Sequence record: OR544956
Source: Escherichia phage vB_EcoM_EP57
DNA length: 64,000 nucleotides
Strand: one strand, 5' to 3'
The position numbers and the translations under genes were made by a program. The notes below the pieces were generated by a model, which had not been told where the DNA came from, made no database searches, and saw only the letters and a list, made by a program, of their open reading frames with translations. Below, piece by piece: positions 38,204 to 48,314 of the stretch. Within the stretch, counting starts at the first letter, position 1. Each line of letters opens with the position of its first letter.

Positions 38204-40048
38204 TTAACCACCAGTGTTAGATTGTCCACTTAGAGTTGAAAGAGATAAACGTTGGAAAATGCTATTTCCGCTATTTTGAATTCTTGCATCAAGAATATTT
38301 CCAAACTCTGAAGAAGGGCTGATCGTAACTTTGATAAGATCACTTGGTATTGCTACCGTATTCTCAACAACAGGTTGATTACGAGCCAAACTTACATTAG
38401 GTGTATATGCCGACTGACGTAAATCTTCCAGAGGATTACCAAATCCAAAAGCACGTGTCCTTGTTTGTTCTCCTCTCCACATACGACCAATATCTTGTGT
38501 ATCAATACCTGTTAAATTGTACAACCAATCTGCTACAGGATTGCTGTCTCCACTTTGCGTTGCCTCGTATGCTTTTTGTGCTAAAGATTTATTAGGATCT
38601 GTGTCTTTAACGTTATCCAACCAAGAATCATCTTTAGGTAAGGCTTTCACAAAACCCTCTAAGAAGTGGTTCTGCATACCTTGACCTACAAGCTGAACTG
38701 TTGCAGCAAAACGAGTAAACTCTTTAGAAGCATCTATTTGTTCTTGAGTTAATGTTGCACCTGTTCTTTGAAGCATTTTCAATACTTCATTATACCCTTC
38801 GCCGTTTTTACTAAACATACGTTGGTAGTGCATAAGGTCATCACCAAGGTTTTCAAGAAGTCGCCCGATTTGAGCAGAGTTCATACCTCGACGCTCACCT
38901 TCATTAACAGTAGCCTGAATAAAAGCTAAAGGATCGTTCTGTAAAGGTTTAAGCTGTTCTGGATTCCATCCAAACAAGTTCATAATGTCATTTATGCCAT
39001 TATCACCGCCTTTCCACTTCCCTTCTTTCTCATTCCATTTTGAGGCTAAAACTGTATTACCAAGACGTTCACGAACGTCTTTAATATTATCTATTGACTT
39101 AATAATATTTGCAGAGTCTACACCGTTCTGTTCACCCCAAGCTGTCATCGCTAAAATAGAGTTGGCGTTTGTCTGAACGTTTTCAGCGCCACGACTTACA
39201 AGTTTAATTCTTTCGTTAGTATTCATCAACGTGTTACCAACTACAGAACCACCTGCAAACAGCCCAGCACCTATTAAAGAGGATGCAATCATGCGTGGAT
39301 TAAGACCTGCTGCACCTTCTTTTAATTGTCCATATCGACGATCACGATCACGTTTTTGTTGAGCTAATTCACGCTTACGGTTGCGTTCTATATCTCTAAG
39401 TTCACGATTTCGCATACGTATACGCATTTTAGCTTCTGCTTCTAGCTCTCTACGAATACGGCGACGACCGCGAACCTCGTCTTCTATTTCAGCATTCTTT
39501 TCACGATGAGATCTGCGTAAGGCATCTAACTGGTGAGCAAGAGCTTGGTTCATACGTTGAAGAGTTATTTCACCCTTTTTGTATTGCTCTACAGCTTTAC
39601 CCATAACGTCCCTAGCTTCTTGCATAGCCCCAGGACTGGCTTTACTAAATGCTCTTGCTCTGTAGTTAAAGTTCTGCAAACGAAGATTACCTAAATCTTC
39701 CCTACGTGCTGCTGCTTTAGCTTCGCGTTCAGCAGCTTTACGAGCTTTTTCTTCTTCTCTTCCTTGCGGGGTTTTAGGAGTTCTAGGTCTACCAGATCCG
39801 CCTACAGGAGCACCCGCTCCAGCGGGAGTAGGTGCTCGCATAGGTTTTTGACTTTGAGTTTGAGCTTTCTTAAGTTCACGCTCAATCTCTTTCATTTGTT
39901 GTCTAAACTTGGTCATGTTCATAGTGGGTTGCATTTTATTTGCAAACTTCTGAACACTCAACACGGCATCTTTTGCTTCCTTGAGACTGTTCTTGTCCAC
40001 CTTAAACGTAACCACGTTACTAATTTTGGAGGCGTTAATTTCTAACAA
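38204..40048 (-). CDS. Tail tape measure protein
   Basis: 614 aa, highly charged coiled-coil (RRELEAEAKMRIRMRNRELRDIERNRKRELAQQKRDRDRR), located after the tube and chaperone genes. Confidence 0.7.
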   Translation of the reverse strand: MLEINASKISNVVTFKVDKNSLKEAKDAVLSVQKFANKMQPTMNMTKFRQQMKEIERELKKAQTQSQKPMRAPTPAGAGAPVGGSGRPRTPKTPQGREEEKARKAAEREAKAAARREDLGNLRLQNFNYRARAFSKASPGAMQEARDVMGKAVEQYKKGEITLQRMNQALAHQLDALRRSHREKNAEIEDEVRGRRRIRRELEAEAKMRIRMRNRELRDIERNRKRELAQQKRDRDRRYGQLKEGAAGLNPRMIASSLIGAGLFAGGSVVGNTLMNTNERIKLVSRGAENVQTNANSILAMTAWGEQNGVDSANIIKSIDNIKDVRERLGNTVLASKWNEKEGKWKGGDNGINDIMNLFGWNPEQLKPLQNDPLAFIQATVNEGERRGMNSAQIGRLLENLGDDLMHYQRMFSKNGEGYNEVLKMLQRTGATLTQEQIDASKEFTRFAATVQLVGQGMQNHFLEGFVKALPKDDSWLDNVKDTDPNKSLAQKAYEATQSGDSNPVADWLYNLTGIDTQDIGRMWRGEQTRTRAFGFGNPLEDLRQSAYTPNVSLARNQPVVENTVAIPSDLIKVTISPSSEFGNILDARIQNSGNSIFQRLSLSTLSGQSNTGG

Positions 40049-40068
40049 AGTATGTTCCTCGTGTTGGA

Positions 40069-40404
40069 TTAAACAAGTTTCTTAAACAAATCTGACATTT
40101 TATTTGTCTGGTTTTGATGTTTTCTCTTTATTGAAGTGTCTTTAACATACATGGCTTCAACATACTCTTCGTATGTTAAATACTCATATAGTTTTAAAAG
40201 ATAATCTACACCGTAGTTATCCAATGTTTTCAGTGTTTCCGAGGTATCTTTAACGACTTTGCAAAGAATAACCTCATACCACTTCAAAGTAAGGGTTTTC
40301 GTTGCTGTGTCGATAGCATGTTCAATCGCAGGTGTTAATTTGCTGCTAAACTCGTCATCGCCTGAAGCTGTGTGAACAGTTTTCCGAAACCTCGTTTGAA
40401 AAAA
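40069..40404 (-). CDS. Tail assembly chaperone frameshift extension (GT-like product made by -1 frameshifting from 40335..40817)
   Basis: The -1 frame is open from 40428 to the stop at 40069; slippery site on minus-strand codons occupies plus 40398-40404. Confidence 0.5.
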   Translation of the reverse strand, partial: FFQTRFRKTVHTASGDDEFSSKLTPAIEHAIDTATKTLTLKWYEVILCKVVKDTSETLKTLDNYGVDYLLKLYEYLTYEEYVEAMYVKDTSIKRKHQNQTNKMSDLFKKLV

Positions 40405-40817
40405 GGGCCGTAGTTTACCTCCAGAACTTTAGCAGTAAGATCTAACACTAGTTCTGGGTGAGCCATAAATAATTCATCAAAATTTTCTGCAACGTTATAA
40501 CCGTCTTGAGTATAAACCTCATCTAAAATTTTACGCAAAAATACAGTTAAATTCTTTTCTTCCAAACCTGCAAAAAGTTGGATCAGTGCCATAGCAATAC
40601 GTGACTCAAGGTCTTCGTCTGCGGACATTGTTGCTGTGCTATACATAGTCATAGGAACAACCAGAACACTACCCAATTCTGGAATCCTGTCAAACACTTT
40701 AGATGGACTCCACTTCATAATACGGAAAGTAACAGATCTGTTTCCATCTAACGGAATCTCAACTACTTCTTCTGGTCGAGCATATTTTTGAATCGTGTTA
40801 TCTTGTTCTTGTGACAT
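40335..40817 (-). CDS. Tail assembly chaperone (G-like short product)
   Basis: Sits between tube and tape measure; carries the slippery heptamer T_TTT_TTC 21 codons before its stop. Confidence 0.55.
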   Translation of the reverse strand: MSQEQDNTIQKYARPEEVVEIPLDGNRSVTFRIMKWSPSKVFDRIPELGSVLVVPMTMYSTATMSADEDLESRIAMALIQLFAGLEEKNLTVFLRKILDEVYTQDGYNVAENFDELFMAHPELVLDLTAKVLEVNYGPFFKRGFGKLFTQLQAMTSLAAN

Positions 40818-40862
40818 ATTTTCCTCTCTAATGATAAAAAGGGCATTTCTGCCCTTTATTTA

Positions 40863-41111
40863 TTATTGAATTGTCAGAGCAGAGATTGAGTTAAGGGTGC
40901 TCAAACCTACACCAACTTCATTACGCAGAAGACTTGCATCTTTAAGACCAATAACCCATTGGTTCTCTGTAATCATTTCGCCAATAGTATCTTCAGGCTG
41001 ACTTTGAATCCATCCAATCGTGCTAATGTAATAGCCACGTGGGTCTTCCAAGTAAACACTGAACGCTACTTGACGAGTAGAATACATTGTTTGTGCATAT
41101 GTTGCAAGCAA
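40863..41111 (-). CDS. Tail tube protein, C-terminal segment (frame -1 relative to 41066..41314)
   Basis: Frame is open upstream to a TAA at about 41135; together with 41066..41314 gives about 150 aa. Confidence 0.45.
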   Translation of the reverse strand: MLATYAQTMYSTRQVAFSVYLEDPRGYYISTIGWIQSQPEDTIGEMITENQWVIGLKDASLLRNEVGVGLSTLNSISALTIQ

Positions 41112-41314
41112 GACATTGTGAGTGTTCCCAAACGGTTACGACTCAAAGCTAGTGAAACGTCGCCATCAGTCCCTGAATAAGGGTTGATAATATCGTTAGA
41201 TTTAGCAATAACGATTTTAGTATCAGCCGCAAAACCCCACGGTTCCCAACCACCTAATGAAAGGATAACTTGAGATGGGTCGTAGGCCATTACGCCAGTA
41301 AGCATTTTATCCAT
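41066..41314 (-). CDS. Tail tube protein, N-terminal segment
   Basis: Immediately downstream of the sheath gene. Confidence 0.45.
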   Translation of the reverse strand: MDKMLTGVMAYDPSQVILSLGGWEPWGFAADTKIVIAKSNDIINPYSGTDGDVSLALSRNRLGTLTMSCLQHMHKQCILLVK

Positions 41315-41338
41315 TATAGATCCTCTTTATTTTGATAA

Positions 41339-41355
41339 CGGGGGCTTAACCCCCG
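41339..41355 (-). other. Sheath-tube intergenic hairpin (CGGGGG-UUAAG-CCCCCG)
   Basis: Stable stem-loop between sheath stop and tube ribosome-binding site. Confidence 0.35.
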
Positions 41356-41360
41356 CCGTA

Positions 41361-42734
41361 TTAGTTTGCAGTACGGTTAGTCAGGACGTTGACCTGAACT
41401 TTAACGTAATGGAAGAAGCCAGCGTAAACATATTCAATCTTCATCCCATCGACCAGACGAGCATTGATTTGCGCATCAGTCATATCGGCACGAGAAGGAA
41501 TATAAACAATAGGTTTCAGATCGACACGCAAACCAGTCTCTTCAGAAGTAACAACTTCATTAGCGATGGAACCGTTGAGGATACCTACTTGGATTGGGTT
41601 AGCCAGAACAGCTTGTCGAATCAAAGCCAGACCGTTTGAAGTAGCACGAACACCACCACCCAGCATAGACTGTTGTTTAAACAGTGTAAACAGTGATTCT
41701 TCTGTGCGAGCTTTAAACCACAAAGCATGAACAACATAGTCAACAAAGAAACCGCTAACCATCAATCCATCACGATAGAACAGAGTTCCATGCTCTTTAC
41801 GATAGATGTTACCGTTCTGTTGAACAATATTGTTTTCCGAAGTCTGATCCAGTTTCTCGATCTCTACACCTACCAGTGTTTTACCGTGAAGAGTAGTTAA
41901 ACCAGGTTGACGAGAACAGATTGCACCAACAACTGCTGCTTCTGGGAATACAGAATCTGCATCGGTCATCCACAAAGCAAAGCAAGTGTTATTATAACCG
42001 AGGTCATTCAGTCGTTCCAGAACGTTATCTTCTGCTTTCGTTTTAATTCCAGGTTCAGAACTAGAGAAGAAGTAAACTTTATCATTCTCTTCTACCCATG
42101 CAGCCAAAGCTAGAACATCTTCTGTTTCATGGGAATCTGAAAGGGTCCAGAACCAGCTACTATCAATATCATGCAGAGCAGCGATATCTTCCGTAATAGC
42201 ATTAGCATAGACAGTTTCTTGAGTGAAACCTGTGCTGTCAATAGAACCAAACTTACCTTCTACTGGAGTGAAAGTCATTGCAGCGCCGTTGTTAGCTACT
42301 GTAAACAGTGGGCCATAAACAAGATCTGCATTGATCATTTCAGTCAGACCAACTACAATCTCTTGTGCAGTTGCAGTGTCATCAGCAATGAATTTAAATT
42401 CTTTTTTCTTGGTACCATTTTTGATGGTAATTGTGTAAGTTGCACTATCTTCTACGATTGGAGTTAGAGTAAAGTTTGTAACTTCACGCTTACCAACCAT
42501 GACTTGATCTGGTGGGAACAAACCGTTAAACAGTTTGACTGCCATAATATACGCTGGATCATTTAATCCATAACCTGCTTCCAAAAGTGCATCGGAAGAA
42601 GAGTAATATTGAATCGCTTCGCCAGTTACGTTCTGACCTGTAAGGATCAGGGGAATATCGAACTGGGTTTCACGAATTGATGTAGCACCATACAGTAAAG
42701 TTACGGTTGCTACCTTTTCACGAAAAGTTGCCAT
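41361..42734 (-). CDS. Tail sheath protein
   Basis: 457 aa, directly upstream of tube, chaperone and tape measure. Confidence 0.65.
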   Translation of the reverse strand: MATFREKVATVTLLYGATSIRETQFDIPLILTGQNVTGEAIQYYSSSDALLEAGYGLNDPAYIMAVKLFNGLFPPDQVMVGKREVTNFTLTPIVEDSATYTITIKNGTKKKEFKFIADDTATAQEIVVGLTEMINADLVYGPLFTVANNGAAMTFTPVEGKFGSIDSTGFTQETVYANAITEDIAALHDIDSSWFWTLSDSHETEDVLALAAWVEENDKVYFFSSSEPGIKTKAEDNVLERLNDLGYNNTCFALWMTDADSVFPEAAVVGAICSRQPGLTTLHGKTLVGVEIEKLDQTSENNIVQQNGNIYRKEHGTLFYRDGLMVSGFFVDYVVHALWFKARTEESLFTLFKQQSMLGGGVRATSNGLALIRQAVLANPIQVGILNGSIANEVVTSEETGLRVDLKPIVYIPSRADMTDAQINARLVDGMKIEYVYAGFFHYVKVQVNVLTNRTAN

Positions 42735-42768
42735 TTATGCTCCTGTTAGAAACTTAATTCCAATGAGT

Positions 42769-43407
42769 TTATTCGGTAGGGTTGTTAAATAATGATCCAT
42801 TTTGATTGACTGACGAGTATTCGCCTGGAACCAAAGTAATTGCATAAACCCTGTTTAGAATTAAATCTAAAGGGATAGGATCATTGTAACTATCTCTGAA
42901 TGAACGGATGTGCATGTTGATTGCTTCTATTGGTGTAGTAGCAATATCTTCAATACTCATACGAGTGTTGAACGTCATAACCATACGCGCTCTTAATTCA
43001 GTCTTATCTCCGTCTACAATTGTATTGGCTTGAGCTATATTGGAGGCTCCTAAAAAACCAAGACCTTTAGAATAGAGATGTTTGTATTTTAATTCCTCTG
43101 CACCACGGAGAGCAGCCAGAACATAGCTCATCAAAGTGGTAGGTCTTCCACGATAGGCTACAAGTTCAATCTCGTAGGTATTATCCATCTCGTAGGAATA
43201 CATATCATTTTGAATAGAGCTTCGGTAAGACCAACCTCCAGAATCGCTGGAAGTGATAATATGTAGTGCTAGGTAAGGAGTATCCGGTTTAATGAATGGC
43301 TTATCCATAACATAGACTGGCAACCCCACTAATTCTTGAAGGAAGCCACCTATATTTAAGTAGATGGCATTTTCGTATGCTTCTATTTGTTGGTAAATAT
43401 TAGCCAC
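42769..43407 (-). CDS. Virion structural protein (tail completion or neck, hypothetical)
   Basis: Position between head and tail modules. Confidence 0.3.
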   Translation of the reverse strand: MANIYQQIEAYENAIYLNIGGFLQELVGLPVYVMDKPFIKPDTPYLALHIITSSDSGGWSYRSSIQNDMYSYEMDNTYEIELVAYRGRPTTLMSYVLAALRGAEELKYKHLYSKGLGFLGASNIAQANTIVDGDKTELRARMVMTFNTRMSIEDIATTPIEAINMHIRSFRDSYNDPIPLDLILNRVYAITLVPGEYSSVNQNGSLFNNPTE

Positions 43408-43503
43408 TGTTCTGTTCCTTGTTGTAACCCCTTCATTTCTGTTTTAGTCCAGAAACTATATTGAGCCTTAGATCTGTAACCTTCAGGTAGTGCATTCAGT
43501 GTT

Positions 43504-43695
43504 TTACCAGATATCGGTTGTAAGCTTGCCTTCAATGGTAAATGGTTCATATTCTACACTACTTTCTAAGTTAGCAATAACTGAACCAACAGCCTCTTTG
43601 TAGACTCGTCTACGACCTTGGTATTCAGTTAGATCAAGGAGAGTAAATTGATCTAGTAACACTTGTATCTCCTTTTTAGTATACATCAAAAACAA
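43504..43695 (-). CDS. Hypothetical small protein
   Basis: ORF track. Confidence 0.25.
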   Translation of the reverse strand: MFLMYTKKEIQVLLDQFTLLDLTEYQGRRRVYKEAVGSVIANLESSVEYEPFTIEGKLTTDIW

Positions 43696-43707
43696 AGTTT
43701 ATGCAAG

Positions 43708-44196
43708 TTATTTTTTAGACTTGCTTTTTGTGATTTTTGTTTCGATTGCATTTATCATGTGTGCCGTATCTATTAAGATATGATTAGAATAGTTTCCTTT
43801 ATCTTGTCGTATCTTAATTGTCACAGGAGACAAAGGACGATAACGTTGCATTGCAATCGCTTGAGCTATTCCTTCTCTAGAGGCTCTCGCTATAGGCTCA
43901 AAAACAGCTAACCCGACATTATTCATTAAGTAATTTGCAAACACCTGCTTCATCTTTTTAGCGATATCGTTCTGTGAGATAACAGCACCATCTGTTATAA
44001 AAGGGCGAGCAGGTATGTTATTTGTTTCATTACCATATTGTTGAATAGCTGCTATTGCAGGAATAGTGAGATCTGATTCAGGATGCCTTTTGTTTGTTAA
44101 AAAACCAGCTTCGATTTGAACTTGTTCAAGGTCCATCATCTTTTTGATAATGGTTTCCCAATCTGTATCGTCACCTGGTAAGATCTCACTTTCCAT
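43708..44196 (-). CDS. Head-tail joining protein (hypothetical)
   Basis: Position. Confidence 0.3.
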   Translation of the reverse strand: MESEILPGDDTDWETIIKKMMDLEQVQIEAGFLTNKRHPESDLTIPAIAAIQQYGNETNNIPARPFITDGAVISQNDIAKKMKQVFANYLMNNVGLAVFEPIARASREGIAQAIAMQRYRPLSPVTIKIRQDKGNYSNHILIDTAHMINAIETKITKSKSKK

Positions 44197-44744
44197 TATT
44201 TGTCCCTACGATAAAAAGAAACAGGTCCGTAATTTCGCAAATAATTAACGTTGCGTGTATTCCGATCAACACTTGCAACATTACCAAGACCATTTACAGA
44301 GTTAGGATCGCTGTTTACTCGATCAATCTCACGAGCATCCACACCACCAATAAGAACTTTACTGGTTGCTCCTCGTCCTGCCGTGCACCCAGGGATCACC
44401 ATAAGACCATTTAAATAGTTATGATAGATATCTTCCCACGGAGATTTATAAGTGACTTGACCGTTGTTAAATTTAACTTCAACTTCGACTTCACCCATCT
44501 TTTCTCTGCGGGACATAGCCCCTCCTGTTTGAGTACTGTTGTTAAGAACATCGTTGTTCCATAAATACTCTAAAACAGAAATCAAGCTGTTCCACAATAC
44601 TGCACACTTATCCTTATCTTCATTCCCTATAATATCAATCCAAGTTTGGATGATCTGAATCAGCATTGCGTCTGGCAATACTTCTTGAGAAGGGTTATAA
44701 ACAAGGATTCGGATCAGTGGTGCCAACTCTACCGCATTCAGCAT
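44196..44744 (-). CDS. Head-tail adaptor or head completion protein (hypothetical)
   Basis: Position. Confidence 0.3.
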   Translation of the reverse strand: MLNAVELAPLIRILVYNPSQEVLPDAMLIQIIQTWIDIIGNEDKDKCAVLWNSLISVLEYLWNNDVLNNSTQTGGAMSRREKMGEVEVEVKFNNGQVTYKSPWEDIYHNYLNGLMVIPGCTAGRGATSKVLIGGVDAREIDRVNSDPNSVNGLGNVASVDRNTRNVNYLRNYGPVSFYRRDK

Positions 44745-44753
44745 AAGCCCACC

Positions 44754-45152
44754 TTATTTTTTACGAAGGGAACGTTTTTTAGCTGGAGTGTCTACCGCTT
44801 CTACTTTTAAAACTTCTTCTTTGATTTTTACAGGCGAATAGTCTTCATAACTTACAAGATAGTAACCCATGTGTTCTTCACTTGCAAAAGGATGCACAAG
44901 AATACCTGTTTCTTCTCTCAAACGCGTGAGGAAGTGAATGAAGTTTCCACCTAATGCAATACGACCATCTTTCAGATAGAAAGACATTGGTGGCGCAGAT
45001 ACTAATGTTTTATCAGCATCAATCAGTGGTGAAAGCGATTCGAAATCACGAATCATTTCGTGATAACTAAAGTAACGTTTCAATTCTGGGTTTGACATAT
45101 CAATCTCCTCATTGTAAACTCTTATTGTAAACAGAAAAGGCTCGCCCATCAC
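44754..45152 (-). CDS. Hypothetical structural protein
   Basis: Position downstream of the capsid gene. Confidence 0.3.
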   Translation of the reverse strand: MMGEPFLFTIRVYNEEIDMSNPELKRYFSYHEMIRDFESLSPLIDADKTLVSAPPMSFYLKDGRIALGGNFIHFLTRLREETGILVHPFASEEHMGYYLVSYEDYSPVKIKEEVLKVEAVDTPAKKRSLRKK

Positions 45153-45161
45153 GGACGAGCC
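45129..45161 (-). terminator. Intrinsic terminator after the major capsid gene (GGCUCG...CGAGCC then UUUUCUGUUU)
   Basis: Hairpin plus U-rich tract on the minus strand; overlaps the start of the next gene. Confidence 0.4.
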
Positions 45162-45182
45162 TCTAATATTAACAGAGTTCTA

Positions 45183-46184
45183 TTAAGCCGTAGTCAGTTT
45201 AACTACCAGTTCTGGACGGGTGTTAACTGCGAGCAGCGAGAATTCAGACTGAAGCTGAATAGTGCGGTGCTGGCTGATCATGAAGGTATACAGTTCACGA
45301 GCCTGGGTGTTAGCCAGTTCTGGAGTATCCGCAGGAGCGTAGTGCGCCTGGAACATACCTTCGATACCCATAGGCAGAACATATGCTTCACCAGCAGGGA
45401 TGTTACCGTGGATATCTTCAATGTAAGTTACACCGTTCCATTCGAACACCTGAACATCCATGTTACCGCTAAGGCGGTCACGCAGAAGGTTAGGAGTTCC
45501 CTGGAAATACTGATATGCCTGGCGAACAAATGGAGAGTTAACCAGAGATGCGAAAAACTCACGAGAACACAGAGCTACGATACGGGTAGCGGTAGAGCCA
45601 TCTTGTTTAGTATCGATGATGTAAGCACGAGCTTCTTGTTCGATAGTGGCTGCTGGAGAAACAGTGGTAGAAGCAAAGTCTACAGCAACAGATTTCTGGG
45701 TAGCACCCCATTCGGTATACCAGTTGTATGCAGAGTTAGCTGCACCACCTACGCCGTTATAGGCACGACCCATAACTGCTTCTGCAAAGATTTTCTCTTT
45801 GGTTTTTGCTACGTCACGCAGAATCTGGGACATATAGCGGTTAACAACTTCAGCGTCTGTGCGCAGAGAGTCATTGATTCCTGCCATTGCAAAGCTACGG
45901 AAAGATTGAATATCTTGAGCTTTGATGTTTTTATCCAGAGGGAAGAACGGAATGCGGAACGCTTTCAGTTCTGGATTTTTCATGGTCAGGAAGTTACGCT
46001 CACCACCACGCTCACGAGCGGAGATCAGAGCATCTTCAGCTTTTTCTTTACCGATTTCAATAGCGGTAGTTGAATGATAGTCAACACTGAACAGATTCAG
46101 GCTGGCAATCAGTGTATCAGGGGAATCCTGAAGTTCGATCATAGGGCTGAAATCTACAACCTGATCTAAAATTACTGCTGGCAT
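45183..46184 (-). CDS. Major capsid protein (lambda gpE-like)
   Basis: 333 aa; C-terminal region LPMGIEGMFQAHYAPADTPELANTQARELYTF resembles lambda gpE (LGNTQARGLRTY); follows a decoration-like gene. Confidence 0.65.
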   Translation of the reverse strand: MPAVILDQVVDFSPMIELQDSPDTLIASLNLFSVDYHSTTAIEIGKEKAEDALISARERGGERNFLTMKNPELKAFRIPFFPLDKNIKAQDIQSFRSFAMAGINDSLRTDAEVVNRYMSQILRDVAKTKEKIFAEAVMGRAYNGVGGAANSAYNWYTEWGATQKSVAVDFASTTVSPAATIEQEARAYIIDTKQDGSTATRIVALCSREFFASLVNSPFVRQAYQYFQGTPNLLRDRLSGNMDVQVFEWNGVTYIEDIHGNIPAGEAYVLPMGIEGMFQAHYAPADTPELANTQARELYTFMISQHRTIQLQSEFSLLAVNTRPELVVKLTTA

Positions 46185-46205
46185 TATATTAATCTCCTAT
46201 TAAAA

Positions 46206-46604
46206 TTAAGAAGTGAAAACGACTTTTTCGGTCAGTTTCAGATCATGTGTTTCCAGTGCTGCTACGCCAGCGTCATCTACCAGGGAGCCATCTTTGTAGT
46301 ATACTGCAAAGCGGTTCAGAGTAAGATCACGTACGCCAACAACTGCGGTGAAAGTGTCACCTACTGCTACATCGTCAATACCGAACAGAGCATCAGTCCA
46401 AAGCAGAACTTTAGCAGCATCGGCAGCTTCAGCTTTAGCAGCTTCAGTGTTGTCAGCTTTCAGGATAGAACCAATTTTCATGGTTGCTGTTTTAACCAGG
46501 TTAACTTCACGTACACAGTGTCCAAGGTCAGAGCTAAACACTCCACCCAGAACCAGGTGTCCGAATTCCTGGCGAGAGTTAGATAAAGTAATTCCTTTAG
46601 CCAT
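46206..46604 (-). CDS. Head decoration protein (gpD-like, putative)
   Basis: 132 aa immediately upstream of the capsid gene. Confidence 0.4.
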   Translation of the reverse strand: MAKGITLSNSRQEFGHLVLGGVFSSDLGHCVREVNLVKTATMKIGSILKADNTEAAKAEAADAAKVLLWTDALFGIDDVAVGDTFTAVVGVRDLTLNRFAVYYKDGSLVDDAGVAALETHDLKLTEKVVFTS

Positions 46605-46623
46605 TTAATTTAATCTCCTAAGA

Positions 46624-47739
46624 TTATTGTTTCTGGGCTTTTTTAAGTTCAGCAGCTTTCTGACTAATCAGTTCAGAAGAAGATTTAGCTACAGGTTGAG
46701 TATTGATCACATCAACACCACGTTCTGTTCCAAATTCTTTCTTAACTGCGTCCACTTCTGCACGTGCTTTTTCGAATGCTTTGACGATAGTTTCAGCGAT
46801 ATCTTTATTGTCTACCAGATATTTAACGAGAGCTTCAACTTTGTCTTCTTCTACGAAAGAATAGGATTTAACAACAGTTGTATATTCTTCTTCGATACGA
46901 GCTTGTTCAGCTTTACGAAGTTCTTCTGCTTCCTGTTCTGCCTTAGCGATTTTTTCCTGTGCTTCAAGTTCTGCGGCTGCACGTGCATCTGCTGCTGCTT
47001 TTTCTACAGCTTCAGCGATCTGTGCTTTCATCAGTTCTTGGAATTCAGCAGATTTCAGGAATTCTTCTTTGTTGATATTTTCCAAAGGGGTTTCTCCTTT
47101 ATTGATTCCAGTTGTGTTTGCAGATTTATCACCTGCGGGGTTAGCCTCTGCATCCACAGAGTTTGTATTAGCTTTAGCGTGAGCTTTCACTAAATAATCT
47201 TTAACTTGACTTTGTTTCAAGGAACTCTTAACGAGATTACTCAAAGCATCGTCTAAAACGTCCTCAAAGAAATCAATGGAGATCATTACATCACCATCAA
47301 CAACTTGATAATCAGTAACACGAACAACAGGTTTAGCAACCTCTTCAACTTCAACATTCAGTCCGTCAACTTTAAAGCCAACAGAGAACATACCGTTATC
47401 TGAACAGAAAATTGCAACGTTCGCATCGAAGTCAGCATCAATAACGTAAACCCAATCCCAACCAGCTTCAAATTTTTCACGCACTTTTTCAGAAATGCGA
47501 TCCATCACTTGTTGAATATAGCTTTTACGTAACTCTGTAACATCTTCTCCCATTTTAGTGAGAGCTTCTAACTTTTCAAAAGTTATGTCTGGAGATCCGT
47601 CTGACTTAAATAAAAGGGGGGTATTATAACCAGATGCCGCTCCACCTTGAAAATCAAAAGTGTAAGCAATATGAGCACCTAGTGACTCTTCCGTAGCTTT
47701 TCCAGAAAAGTCTACGTTAGTTAAATATGTATTTGCCAC
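46624..47739 (-). CDS. Head scaffolding protein (possibly with protease domain)
   Basis: Ala/Glu/Lys-rich coiled-coil AAADARAAAELEAQEKIAKAEQEAEELRKAEQARIEEE; position between portal and capsid. Confidence 0.4.
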   Translation of the reverse strand: MANTYLTNVDFSGKATEESLGAHIAYTFDFQGGAASGYNTPLLFKSDGSPDITFEKLEALTKMGEDVTELRKSYIQQVMDRISEKVREKFEAGWDWVYVIDADFDANVAIFCSDNGMFSVGFKVDGLNVEVEEVAKPVVRVTDYQVVDGDVMISIDFFEDVLDDALSNLVKSSLKQSQVKDYLVKAHAKANTNSVDAEANPAGDKSANTTGINKGETPLENINKEEFLKSAEFQELMKAQIAEAVEKAAADARAAAELEAQEKIAKAEQEAEELRKAEQARIEEEYTTVVKSYSFVEEDKVEALVKYLVDNKDIAETIVKAFEKARAEVDAVKKEFGTERGVDVINTQPVAKSSSELISQKAAELKKAQKQ

Positions 47740-47741
47740 GA

Positions 47742-48221
47742 TTAGTCCTTCTTGACTTTAACGCCCATTGCGCCTATACTCAAACCTTTAAGAACGCCGT
47801 CTTTACGAGCTTGATATAATTCAGGGTCGTTGAATTGGATTTTAACGAGGGGAGTTCCTTCCACAACGAGTTCGTCACCAATGTAACAATCGACTTCATT
47901 TACCCAAGCTTTAATTGGAGAAAACTTATCGGTGTTCTTCATGTGACCAAGATTACCACTAATGTTGGTAATATTCTCATTGAAGTTGTCAACCATCTTC
48001 CTGATTTCCAAATCAGACATGCGCTCTCCGTGGAGATCGTCTTCTTCAGGTGGACAATACAAGACCTCAATAACCTGCATCTTTTCTTCATCAAATTTAT
48101 TTTGTTTGACTAGAGTTTCAGGTTTTTGAGATGGTATAGAATCTTGTTGGGATTCAGAATTCTCTTTAAAACCAGCGAAGGTTTTGAAGAGTTCCCACAG
48201 TGTATCTTTATTGAGTTCCAT
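47742..48221 (-). CDS. Head morphogenesis protein (hypothetical)
   Basis: Position after the portal. Confidence 0.3.
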   Translation of the reverse strand: MELNKDTLWELFKTFAGFKENSESQQDSIPSQKPETLVKQNKFDEEKMQVIEVLYCPPEEDDLHGERMSDLEIRKMVDNFNENITNISGNLGHMKNTDKFSPIKAWVNEVDCYIGDELVVEGTPLVKIQFNDPELYQARKDGVLKGLSIGAMGVKVKKD

Positions 48222-48257
48222 TTGAAACCTCTTAAAAACAGATATCCCATAAATCTT

Positions 48258-48286
48258 AGTCTACAGGATATTTGTTGTTTTGTCAA
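48258..48286 (-). promoter_or_regulatory. Promoter on the minus strand with CTATTGACAA -35 context (TTGACA-17-TAGACT)
   Basis: Same extended -35 motif as the three promoters in the tRNA locus. Confidence 0.4.
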
Positions 48287-48314
48287 TAGAAAAATTAAAA
48301 AATATTAAATATTT

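Noticed and set aside
40863-41314. Programmed frameshift in the tube gene at T_TTG_GGA
   Set aside because: The heptamer is not a commonly used slippery site and tube proteins are not known to need frameshifting; a sequence indel is more likely
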